Of a DNA stretch of 32,010 nt, positions 19,736-27,569 are shown piece after piece. The notes under the pieces are model-generated. The model did not search any database and was not told where the DNA came from. It was given only the letters and a program-made list of their open reading frames with translations. The first letter of the stretch is position 1. Each line of letters begins with the position of its first letter. Both the position numbers and the translations under genes were made by a program. This DNA comes from Candidatus Bathyarchaeia archaeon (lineage in GTDB: Archaea; Thermoproteota; Bathyarchaeia; Bathyarchaeales; Bathycorpusculaceae), in the NCBI GenBank assembly GCA_049512935.1, contig JBEKWR010000023.1, positions 1 through 32,010 on the forward strand, read 5' to 3'.

Positions 19736-20182
19736 CTATGGTGATAGTCCAAGTTGCTTCATGAATCCGACAACATCATAGAACAGTCTTTCTTCCACGA
19801 TTTCGCCGTTTTTCCATGTGGCAACTGTGCAAAATTCAAGTTTCGCCGTCTTCCCCGTAGGCTGGATAATCTTTCCATCTGCACCTTTCATTGGTCCTTT
19901 CATAGTCACTGTCCAATCAGCCACGGTGCATGTGTGGTTTTCGTCTCCAAACGCTATCTTGTAAGGATTGTTGACTAATCGATTGTCGAAGGTTTTGAAG
20001 AACTCAGTTGCTTCGACGTCGTGGTTGTGTCGTCCTCTTGTAGGGTCGGGTCGAGCGGGCCAGTACACGGCGACGTCTTCTCTGTGACGCTTCTTAAACG
20101 TCTCCCAAAGCGGACTCCCAGGTCCTGCATTCCAAGCATCATCAAGAGTCTTCATCAACTCAAGATTTTCCTTAGAACCCAT
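19736..20182 (-). CDS. SnoaL-like ester cyclase / NTF2-like protein
   Basis: LDDAWNA...PTGK...GEIVEERLFYD..GFMKQLGL. Confidence 0.9.
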   Translation of the reverse strand: MGSKENLELMKTLDDAWNAGPGSPLWETFKKRHREDVAVYWPARPDPTRGRHNHDVEATEFFKTFDNRLVNNPYKIAFGDENHTCTVADWTVTMKGPMKGADGKIIQPTGKTAKLEFCTVATWKNGEIVEERLFYDVVGFMKQLGLSP

Positions 20183-20310
20183 ATTGCTAACCTCACTATC
20201 TGTTTTACCCGTCTAATGCTAATAAACTTGTAACGCGATTAATGAACTGAAAAAACTGGCGTTTTTGTGAATGGATTTCAGTTTTATTGTTTCGCTAAAA
20301 AAGCGCAGGT

Positions 20311-20637
20311 TTAGATTTGATATTTTGGGCGTTTGGCTTCTTTTAACCAAAATTGGTTGTCATCAACCCTGATAACTTGAACTTCAATGACGTTTTTAGG
20401 GCAAGTCATTGCCGCGCGTAACTTGGTGGGCAGGTCGGGTTTTGCCAGAAGCGTCATTCTAGACTCCTCTAACTGGTCTGCTACGCGCTCGGCTTTTTTG
20501 TTGGCGTAGCCGCCGTACTTTACGCTTTTTCCGTCAGTGATGGCTTTGTCAAAGTCGTCTTTGCTGCATTGGATCAGCTTGGCGCCATCTCGGATAAACC
20601 AGTATGGAAGAGCCTTACTCATAATAATCGTCGGCAA
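20311..20637 (-). CDS. Hypothetical protein
   Basis: About 103-108 aa ORF; likely ATG start at MSKALP. Confidence 0.6.
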   Translation of the reverse strand: MPTIIMSKALPYWFIRDGAKLIQCSKDDFDKAITDGKSVKYGGYANKKAERVADQLEESRMTLLAKPDLPTKLRAAMTCPKNVIEVQVIRVDDNQFWLKEAKRPKYQI

Positions 20638-20841
20638 TAGGGTTTAGGCGACTCCTAATTAACGTTGTCTTCGCTGACGCAGATTAGCGCCTCAGAAGTA
20701 GAATTCAAATCGATCATTACGAGCAACCAGTCCGCTTCACACTGACGTGTTTATCATCATAGGCGCCCTAAAACAGCGATTACAACTGCAAAACCATTTT
20801 AAAAACGCATAATAATTTTAGAAGAAAAATTCTGCGGAGTG

Positions 20842-20982
20842 TTAACGTTTGAGGGTAAGCGTAAGCGAATGGCCTTTGTGGGCAGCCATCCTGTGGATTC
20901 TTAATTCTTCAGGATTCTGAAATTTCGCGGAACACAACCTGCACTTAAATTCCTGACCGTAAATGACTTTGCTATCCAACAT
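20842..20982 (-). CDS. Small C2H2 zinc-finger protein (46 aa), not in the ORF track
   Basis: MLDSKVIYGQEFKCRLCSAKFQNPEELRIHRMAAHKGHSLTLTLKR = F-x-C-x2-C-x3-F-x5-L-x2-H-x4-H; GGAGAAGGTTGAGG upstream. Confidence 0.8.
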   Translation of the reverse strand: MLDSKVIYGQEFKCRLCSAKFQNPEELRIHRMAAHKGHSLTLTLKR

Positions 20983-21188
20983 CAGCCTCAACCTTCTCCA
21001 TCGGTTCGCAAAAATTGCTTCTTACAAACCGCTTAGCAGAGTACAACTAAGCCACTTATAAACCAACGATTAATTTCCGCCAAAATCACCATTCATTTTC
21101 GTCAAAATTTGTGTTTACTAACGTCAATTTTTCAGGCATGTTAAAACTTAAATAGAAATTCTAACAATTCTAAAGATGGGTAATTGAA

Positions 21189-21410
21189 ATGTCAATAGAT
21201 ATAAAACTTGAACGTGGCGTCAGAGGATACACCATCGTCAGGAAAAAATGCCCGAACTGCGATGCTGAATTGATCTTCAAGATCCACAAGAACGCAATCC
21301 ACGACGTAGGCGGAGAAGGAATGTATTATCCTGAAGAAAACGTTGTCCGCTGCAAAGTCTGCATGAGCACATTCAAGTACGAAACCAAACTTAAGGCTGA
21401 AACCAAGTAA
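21189..21410 (+). CDS. Small zinc-ribbon protein
   Basis: CPNC...CKVC. Confidence 0.75.
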   Translation: MSIDIKLERGVRGYTIVRKKCPNCDAELIFKIHKNAIHDVGGEGMYYPEENVVRCKVCMSTFKYETKLKAETK

Positions 21411-21561
21411 GCAGCAACCAACAAAAAGAATCCGTGCTATCGCAACTACTTCATTAGCTTACGCTCAAAAACTTGATTCTGAAGGTTAGTCTCCAACTTA
21501 CGATTTTTCAAGGATGTTGTTTCCTGCAAAATGTCAAGCCCAAAATCAAGGACTGCTGTTT

Positions 21562-21597
21562 GCCGGAAGGATTGAACTCTCGTCTATAACGCCCGAG
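21562..21597 (-). repeat. Degenerate tRNA-Pro fragment (copy 4)
   Basis: GCCGGAAGGATTGAACTCTCGTCTATAACGCCCGAG aligns to the T-arm through the anticodon of the tRNA and copy 2. Confidence 0.75.
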
Positions 21598-21802
21598 AGT
21601 ATCATTACAAACCAAGTTTACAACAATATTCCAATAAGCAACTTTCTATTATCAGCTGATCATTTGACGTATTAGGCGTCGTGCCGCATTCCTTTTCAGC
21701 GTAGTTATTTCATGTTATCTTTTGACGCTGAGTCTGTCTTAAGGACCAAAGAGCAAGGGCTTTCTCAAAGATTATAAGATAATCCGTTGCTATAAAGTAG
21801 AC

Positions 21803-22210
21803 ATGAAAGCTTGCGTGCTTTACATTTCACGCACAGGAAACACCAAACGTTTAGCCGAAGCAATCGCAGATTTGTTAAAAGCACCTATTTTCAACATAAC
21901 CTCCGCCCCTGACCCTTCACTTGTTTTAGACTTCGACTTGTTGATTATCGGCACGCCAGTTATGGGTCTTAAACCAGCTCCCGAAGTGCACTCGTTCGTT
22001 AAGCGCTTGCCAAACAGCACAGAAAAGAAAACAATCCTTTTCTGCACATACGCAATAAAACAAGGCGGAACCTTAAAAGTTCTGGAAAAAGAGCTAACAA
22101 CCAAGGGGTACGTTAACGTGTTGAGCGTTTCAAAACGAGGGCTCAAACCAAGCAAAACTGACTTACAAGACGTTCTATGCCAGATAAGCAACGCAGCAGA
22201 ACCCAAATGA
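21803..22210 (+). CDS. Flavodoxin family protein
   Basis: YISRTGNTKRLAEAI FMN loop, IIGTPV, LFCT. Confidence 0.9.
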   Translation: MKACVLYISRTGNTKRLAEAIADLLKAPIFNITSAPDPSLVLDFDLLIIGTPVMGLKPAPEVHSFVKRLPNSTEKKTILFCTYAIKQGGTLKVLEKELTTKGYVNVLSVSKRGLKPSKTDLQDVLCQISNAAEPK

Positions 22211-22351
22211 AAACGGGAAGCCCCTTTAAGAATTAATTAAATTGAAGTGGATTTCCTTGATTTGAAACGATTTCAAAAACATTCCGATATCTTCACGCAA
22301 TTTACTATTAGCATAAACGTTAAGAGCAATTGGAAACGATAAGGCTTAGAT

Positions 22352-22828
22352 ATGGCTGATGTGACCGCTTATCTTTTTGCTGGTTTCATACTACTTGTTG
22401 TTTTCCTTTATCTTGCACTTTGGGCTCTAACTAAGCTTCGTATACCTACCAGTGCAAGAAAAGAATATGGAATCAAGTCAATCACTGAACAGGGCATACT
22501 TGTAAGGAGCATAAGTGAAAAGCGGATTGCTGACTACTTTGATAGAATCAACATAAAGTATCAATACGAACGCGGGGCGGGCTATGGTTTGGGTCACCCA
22601 GACTTTTACCTGCCCGACTACGATGTGTACGTCGAATATTGGGGACTAGTTAATGCGGATGACTTGCTAACACGTGAGAGATATGTCAGGCACATGAAAA
22701 GAAAAATGGCAATCTACCATAAGCACAACCTCAGGTTGGTTTCGATATATCCACAGAACATGGAAAACTTGAATTGGATATTCAGACAGAAGTTCAGACA
22801 AGCCACTGGTTATGAACTCGACAACTAA
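22352..22828 (+). CDS. Membrane-anchored PD-(D/E)XK-like nuclease domain protein
   Basis: N-terminal TM helix; VRSISEKRIADY...YQYE...PDFYLPDYDVYVEYWG. Confidence 0.7.
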   Translation: MADVTAYLFAGFILLVVFLYLALWALTKLRIPTSARKEYGIKSITEQGILVRSISEKRIADYFDRINIKYQYERGAGYGLGHPDFYLPDYDVYVEYWGLVNADDLLTRERYVRHMKRKMAIYHKHNLRLVSIYPQNMENLNWIFRQKFRQATGYELDN

Positions 22829-22837
22829 AGGAGCAAT

Positions 22838-22927
22838 TAGTGGGGCTTCCCGGAATTTGAACCGGAGTCTATAGCGTTCTCGGCATGGCTCGCATTTAGG
22901 AGCCGTGTGCCCGAGGCTACAAGCCTG
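22838..22927 (-). pseudogene. tRNA-Pro(CGG) fragment with a 33-nt 37/38 intron (copy 3)
   Basis: Aligns from D-arm to 3' end; insert 22877-22909 lies one base 3' of the anticodon; CCA mutated to CTA; 5' acceptor strand missing. Confidence 0.85.
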
Positions 22928-22979
22928 AGTTGAGTGCTGGCTGGATGGATTTGGCACCAAAAAACTTATTTGCAAACTT

Positions 22980-23015
22980 ATCTATTTAATAGATCATATG
23001 ACATCTAAAATAGAT
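22980..23015 (+). promoter_or_regulatory. Palindromic operator candidates at the MNT-HEPN start
   Basis: ATCTATTTAATAGAT (22980-22994) and related ATCTAAAATAGAT (23003-23015) flank the ATG at 22998. Confidence 0.45.
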
Positions 23016-23621
23016 CAATTGTTCGGTTCAAAAACCCGTGTAAGCTTGCTAACCAAACTTTTGTTAAACCCTGACGCAAAATTCTACACGCGTGAGCTTT
23101 CACGGGACCTTCGCATACCCTACAGCATGCTATATAAAGAACAAAAAAAACTCGCATCGCTAGACATAGCTAAGGAGGAAAAAAAAGGCAAAATCACACT
23201 TGTATCGGCAAACAAAGAGTTGCCTTATTTTATTGACCTAAAGAATTTAATCATGAAAACCGCTGGATTAGGTGACCTGTTAAAAAAAGGTTTCTCAGAC
23301 TTACAGTGTATTCGCTTCGCGCTTGTCTATGGTTCTATCGCGAGCGGGCAGGAAACTGCAAGAAGCGATATCGACCTTTTAGTTGTAGGCGAAATAAATG
23401 AGGAAAAAATATTAAACGTCACAGACCTAATCGAGAAGCAAGTTGGCAGAGAAGTAAACTATATCCTATGGAGCAACGACGAATTTATGCAAAGACTCAA
23501 AAGCAAACACCATCTACTTGCAGACATTGCCAAGAAACCTGTCATAATGGTCAGGGGAAACGAGGATGACTTTAGAGGAACTATTGAAGAACCGAATCAT
23601 AAGTCGAATAGACCCCAATAG
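22998..23621 (+). CDS. wHTH-fused minimal nucleotidyltransferase (MNT antitoxin)
   Basis: LFGSKTRVSLL...FYTRELSR HTH; VYGSIASG...SDIDLLVVG MNT motif. Confidence 0.9.
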   Translation: MTSKIDQLFGSKTRVSLLTKLLLNPDAKFYTRELSRDLRIPYSMLYKEQKKLASLDIAKEEKKGKITLVSANKELPYFIDLKNLIMKTAGLGDLLKKGFSDLQCIRFALVYGSIASGQETARSDIDLLVVGEINEEKILNVTDLIEKQVGREVNYILWSNDEFMQRLKSKHHLLADIAKKPVIMVRGNEDDFRGTIEEPNHKSNRPQ

Positions 23622-24009
23622 GAATATAGCGTTAAAGTCTATCAAGCGAGCTAAAAGAGATATTGAAGCAGCCAAAACGTTGATTGCAACATGCCAATTC
23701 GACTGGTCACTAGCTGTTTCCTACAACGCTATGCTTGCAGCTGGACGCGCACTAATGTTCGACAAGGGATATCGACCATCAAGCACTGAAGGCCATTTGG
23801 CAGTTGTCCAGTTTCTAACCATAACGTTAGGGGAAGAATCAGGCAGCAGAATGGTTCTAATAATGAATGGCATGCGCAAGAAGAGACACCGCATAGTCTA
23901 CGAAGAAATGGATATAGTCTCTCTGAAAGAAGCGAAACAGGCGGTTGAATGGGCAGAAGAATTCATCGAGTTAATAGCGAACCAAATCAATCAAAACCGA
24001 GAAATGTAA
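23566..24009 (+). CDS. HEPN domain protein (putative RNase toxin)
   Basis: AKRDIEAAK...SYNAMLAAGRAL...EGH...RKKRHRIVYE; overlaps the MNT gene. Confidence 0.88.
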   Translation: MTLEELLKNRIISRIDPNRNIALKSIKRAKRDIEAAKTLIATCQFDWSLAVSYNAMLAAGRALMFDKGYRPSSTEGHLAVVQFLTITLGEESGSRMVLIMNGMRKKRHRIVYEEMDIVSLKEAKQAVEWAEEFIELIANQINQNREM

Positions 24010-24011
24010 GT

Positions 24012-24084
24012 TGGTGGGGCTGGAGAGATTTGAACTCTCGTCCATAATGCCCGAGGCTACAAGCCTGGAACAAGCGACCGACAG
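24012..24084 (-). pseudogene. Near full-length degenerate tRNA-Pro(CGG) (copy 2)
   Basis: About 62/74 identical to 26666-26739; keeps CCA; T-stem replaced by GAGAG/CTCTC; 5' GGGG lost. Confidence 0.88.
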
Positions 24085-24141
24085 GATGCATCAAAGGTGT
24101 GTTAGCTTGTCGTCCAGTCGACTGATTTCTCGGGTTTCTAC

Positions 24142-24666
24142 TTATGTTGGCCACAATTTGTTTCTTAGGACAGGTGGGAGGTCATCAGGCTCAGGCAGCG
24201 TCCCAATTGATAAACAATATTTTACCTTGTTGAGGTCAAAAACAAACTTAGGCGGAACACCACCCGCAACAATTAAGTGTTCATAACTTTGTCTAGCGCC
24301 AAACTTTACGCTCGTCAATACTGCCTTAAAAGTTGGAACATAGAGTTCAATAATCTTAAGCCTCTCCAGCGTAGAAATGTCGGGTGCTATTTCGAAATAA
24401 CGAATATCAATTGATTGTGACATAACTATCGGAGTGTGAACCCCTCCAACAAAATCAACAATGGGCAAGCCATCCTCTTCAACGGGTTGGGTCCATACCG
24501 TTGCAAGGTTCCAATGAAACCTACTGATTACTGTTTTTCTTTTACCATTTGAATAGACAAAAACTGGCTCATAATCTAGTTTCTTGTATAAATCCCAACG
24601 CCAATAAAAATAATGAATGTTGTTTTGTTCATGAACCCTTTCTGGGCAACACTCGCAAATCTTCAC
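24142..24666 (-). CDS. Hypothetical protein (cassette cargo)
   Basis: 174-aa AT-rich ORF abutting the upstream gene's stop. Confidence 0.65.
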   Translation of the reverse strand: MKICECCPERVHEQNNIHYFYWRWDLYKKLDYEPVFVYSNGKRKTVISRFHWNLATVWTQPVEEDGLPIVDFVGGVHTPIVMSQSIDIRYFEIAPDISTLERLKIIELYVPTFKAVLTSVKFGARQSYEHLIVAGGVPPKFVFDLNKVKYCLSIGTLPEPDDLPPVLRNKLWPT

Positions 24667-25463
24667 TATCTGATGCGATAAACAATAGCCCTCCCTAGCT
24701 TCTCACCGTTTTTTTCTAGTATTGCCGGTTTTAACTCTTTATCTCTTGCCTCTTTCTTTATCATGGCAATTTCGTTAAGCAGACTTGTGAATTTATGGAA
24801 ACTTTCCAGATTACAGTTATTATCCTTTGCTTGAACAAGCAAATTCATTGATTGGTCATGTAGGTCATGCATAACATCGTAATTCAAGGTGTTTTTATCA
24901 TAAGCAGATTCGGCAAAGCGAAAAGCGTTTTCCATATTTTCAAGAAATTTAATGTCTGCCTCTGAAAGCATTTGTTTTTCTATATTTGATGATATTTCCT
25001 TTAAAGCACTGGTTTCGTCCATAAAATTGCCTGAAATAGCATCGATTCCCATGTCAGCATTAGCAGTGACAAAAACCAATAGCTCTTTTCTGTTGCATTT
25101 AGTCGAGACAAAATCCCATTGCTCCAAGGAGTCAATTATAGGGCTCACCTTATTGCGGCTTATGTCACTGAATTCTGAAATTCCGCTTATCGTGGGTTTA
25201 AGTTCTTTGCAAGAGCCCGCCAGTCGTGCTGTTATCAATACTTTGAGCGAGTCAATTACGCTTTCCCTTAATCCATTAATTACTTCGGTTGAAAAATTGG
25301 GATCAGATAATGCCTTTCTTGCCAACTTGCATTGAAATAGGACAACGTCTCGTTCTTTGATACCGGTTCTTCTCAGTTTCTCTGCTACAACGGTTGGCTT
25401 GAGTAATACAAAGTCTGAGAACTCTAGTTGAGCCTTCCGTAAAACAATCTCTGTCTGGGACAC
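24666..25463 (-). CDS. Hypothetical protein with internal wHTH (cassette cargo); start reassigned to GTG 25463
   Basis: PTISGISEFSDISRNKVSPIIDSLEQWDFV HTH-like segment; the track's start at 25751 would read through a tRNA remnant and overlap another ORF. Confidence 0.65.
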   Translation of the reverse strand: MSQTEIVLRKAQLEFSDFVLLKPTVVAEKLRRTGIKERDVVLFQCKLARKALSDPNFSTEVINGLRESVIDSLKVLITARLAGSCKELKPTISGISEFSDISRNKVSPIIDSLEQWDFVSTKCNRKELLVFVTANADMGIDAISGNFMDETSALKEISSNIEKQMLSEADIKFLENMENAFRFAESAYDKNTLNYDVMHDLHDQSMNLLVQAKDNNCNLESFHKFTSLLNEIAMIKKEARDKELKPAILEKNGEKLGRAIVYRIR

Positions 25464-25533
25464 TGCAATCACGCATGCATTGTATGCATTGCATGCAATA
25501 TTAACATTACGGAGCTGATGATACCCTAAAGGC

Positions 25534-25587
25534 GGTGGGCTGGAGAGATTTGAACTCCGTCCATGACGCCCGAGGCTACAAGCCTGG
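25534..25587 (-). pseudogene. Degenerate tRNA-Pro(CGG) fragment (copy 1)
   Basis: GGTGGGCTGGAGAGATTTGAACTCCGTCCATGACGCCCGAGGCTACAAGCCTGG; two 1-nt deletions relative to copy 2; weak similarity continues to about 25601. Confidence 0.85.
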
Positions 25588-25629
25588 TCATAATCAGCCA
25601 CCACGAATGCAAGCCTTTCCTCAAATTGT

Positions 25630-26505
25630 TCATGCTTGCTCAGGACGTGTGGAGCCAGGGGGTGGGGATGGGACATGAACAGGAGAGCTTGCAGGGCTTG
25701 CAGGCGCATTCGATTCGTTTGGTGACGTTCGGTCAGCATAGACCGGGACAACTTGTCTTATATCCACTTCATTGACCAGATGCATGAAGTCCCCGCACCA
25801 GCTGCACTTGGCGGTGTTCATCGGCTGCTCCGACTGCCCGCAATTGGTGCAAGTCTTGAAGGCAGGAGAATAGCCAGCATGGAATATCCTGTCGATGATT
25901 GTGTTAATGCGGTTCAGTTCGCTCTGGTCATGCGCAATTAACTGGTTTTCGACGTTAATCTCATGCTGTTCCTGCGCGGTCCGTGCCTGCGCATCTGGAT
26001 TTGGAACCACTTCATTCCTGTAACCTCCAGAACCCGCAAAAAACTGGAAGTTTTTCTGCTCCCCGGGCTCCGTGTTCAGCGTACCGAAAATTGGCGGCAG
26101 CATGTAGGGCTCGTATGTACTTTTGGTCTCCGTTGTTTGAGTCTTTGCGATGTTCCGCTGATGGATGTTTATGTAATTTTGGATGTAACCAATTCTGAAG
26201 GCGTAATACCCCGAAAAGCCTCTAAGCACCTGCGTTGGCCACTCATCGAAGGGAACGTTTCCATCGAGCAATTTCTTTATTATGGATGCGTGTCTCCTGC
26301 AGAGAATGAACGATGGAGATTGCTCGTACCCGGGTAAATAGACCCCTTGGTCGTCTCGGTTACTGTTAGGATATATCTTCAACTGGCAGACGAAGCACGC
26401 TTCGAGGTTCTTGGAATGGAACCGCTGATAACTGGGAAGCTGCCGTACGGGCTGAACGGGTTTGGTCGACTGAGGTAACGGCTGCTTGTTTCTCAAAGGT
26501 TTCAT
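25630..26505 (-). CDS. Hypothetical protein with zinc-binding motifs and Pro-rich termini (cassette cargo)
   Basis: CFVC...CRRH at the N-terminus; CTNC...CSWC ribbon near the C-terminus; TATATA box at about 26529. Confidence 0.7.
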   Translation of the reverse strand: MKPLRNKQPLPQSTKPVQPVRQLPSYQRFHSKNLEACFVCQLKIYPNSNRDDQGVYLPGYEQSPSFILCRRHASIIKKLLDGNVPFDEWPTQVLRGFSGYYAFRIGYIQNYINIHQRNIAKTQTTETKSTYEPYMLPPIFGTLNTEPGEQKNFQFFAGSGGYRNEVVPNPDAQARTAQEQHEINVENQLIAHDQSELNRINTIIDRIFHAGYSPAFKTCTNCGQSEQPMNTAKCSWCGDFMHLVNEVDIRQVVPVYADRTSPNESNAPASPASSPVHVPSPPPGSTRPEQA

Positions 26506-26665
26506 CAGTTTTAATCGATAGGTCTCAATATATAAGCTTTAAGTTTCAGCTTTTGAACGATATTTTTCGTTTTTTCGATTATAATAATACAGCTGTTGCG
26601 ACAGCACTAAGTACGGTTATGCAGGCAATGGCTGATGATTACTCGTCCTCGCTCTATCAGTTGCA

Positions 26666-26743
26666 TGGTGGGGCTGGCCGGATTTGAACCGGCGTCTATA
26701 GCGCCCGAGGCTACAAGCCTGGACCAAGCTAGCCGACAGCCCC
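26666..26743 (-). tRNA. tRNA-Pro(CGG), intronless, CCA encoded
   Basis: GGGGCTG acceptor stem, D-arm AGCTTGGTCCA, anticodon arm GTAGC-CTCGGGC-GCTAT, GCCGG-TTCAAAT-CCGGC, ACCA; TTTAAA box upstream at about 26800. Confidence 0.95.
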
Positions 26744-26957
26744 CGTTCAAAGTTGGCTCGGTTTTTAGCGGGTTCATAGAATAATGCCTGCTTGGCTTTA
26801 AACTTTAACGGTTTAGAATGTTTGCTGTTTACCATGTTTCTTTGTTTTTTTGGGGAAGCCATGCTCCTGTTTTTCCCTACGCAACTTGCAACTTGTTGTT
26901 GATGATGATGGCTTTAACCACACGACTTAAACCTGAACTTGCTGCTAAAAGAAGCGA

Positions 26958-27569
26958 CTAGCTTAAGCCCTCGGTTGCCGCAGAGGCAGTCGGGTTCGCA
27001 ATCGTTTCAGGCTTGATTAGAGGTTGGAGAATGTGTCCATGGTAGAGTCTTGCGGCTAGGCATAATGCGGCGCCCGCTATTGCGAAGTAGAAGGACAATT
27101 GGAAGCTTCCTGAAACTAGCGCGGATACGGTGGCTCCACTAGTCCAGCTTCCAGGTATGGTGGCTGTTGCTGAACCGTTCAATGGAATGTTTACGCCGAA
27201 ATGTCCCGCGACTAACACGATTACCACCAGGAGAACGATGAAGCTTACTACGGTGTATAACGGTTTTTTCCATGAGAAGCCGAGCAGTTGCTTAGCGTAA
27301 GGTTTGGTGGGAACCAGCGAGTAAATCAGCATTACTAACCCGCAGGCTGTGAATGTCAAAATGGTTATGAGGTTCAGCGCCCAGATTAGCGGTATCGTGA
27401 ATTGGTCGCCGAACAAGCCGAAATTCGTGTAGATAGGGGAAGCATTAATCCTGATGAAGTCTTGACCAATCGTTAACTGCCACCAGGGCTCGAAAAGGGA
27501 GATAACAAGCATCACCAGCGTGATTATTCCAGCGGCGAGACCTAACCAGTTTATTTGTCTCACGATCAA
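26958..27569 (-). CDS. Hypothetical multi-pass membrane protein
   Basis: Four hydrophobic segments, N-terminal PWW; overlaps the upstream gene by 4 nt. Confidence 0.8.
   Translation of the reverse strand: MIVRQINWLGLAAGIITLVMLVISLFEPWWQLTIGQDFIRINASPIYTNFGLFGDQFTIPLIWALNLITILTFTACGLVMLIYSLVPTKPYAKQLLGFSWKKPLYTVVSFIVLLVVIVLVAGHFGVNIPLNGSATATIPGSWTSGATVSALVSGSFQLSFYFAIAGAALCLAARLYHGHILQPLIKPETIANPTASAATEGLS

Larger units (their letters stand above)
19001..26665. mobile_element. tRNA-Pro-anchored tandem cassette array / integration hotspot without an integrase
   Basis: Five co-oriented tRNA remnants separating small accessory gene blocks; several blocks are AT-rich. Confidence 0.7.

Noticed and set aside
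25464-25751. N-terminal 96 aa of the 361-aa ORF; also ORFs 24011-24286, 22667-22975 and 26617-26862
   Set aside because: They read through tRNA or tRNA-remnant sequence or overlap better ORFs; their shared peptides (PEATSL / QACSLG) are translations of the repeat.
19001-26743. CRISPR array or functional tRNA cluster as the explanation for the repeats
   Set aside because: Spacing is over 1 kb with genes in between and there are no cas genes; the copies lack the 5' acceptor strand or carry indels.
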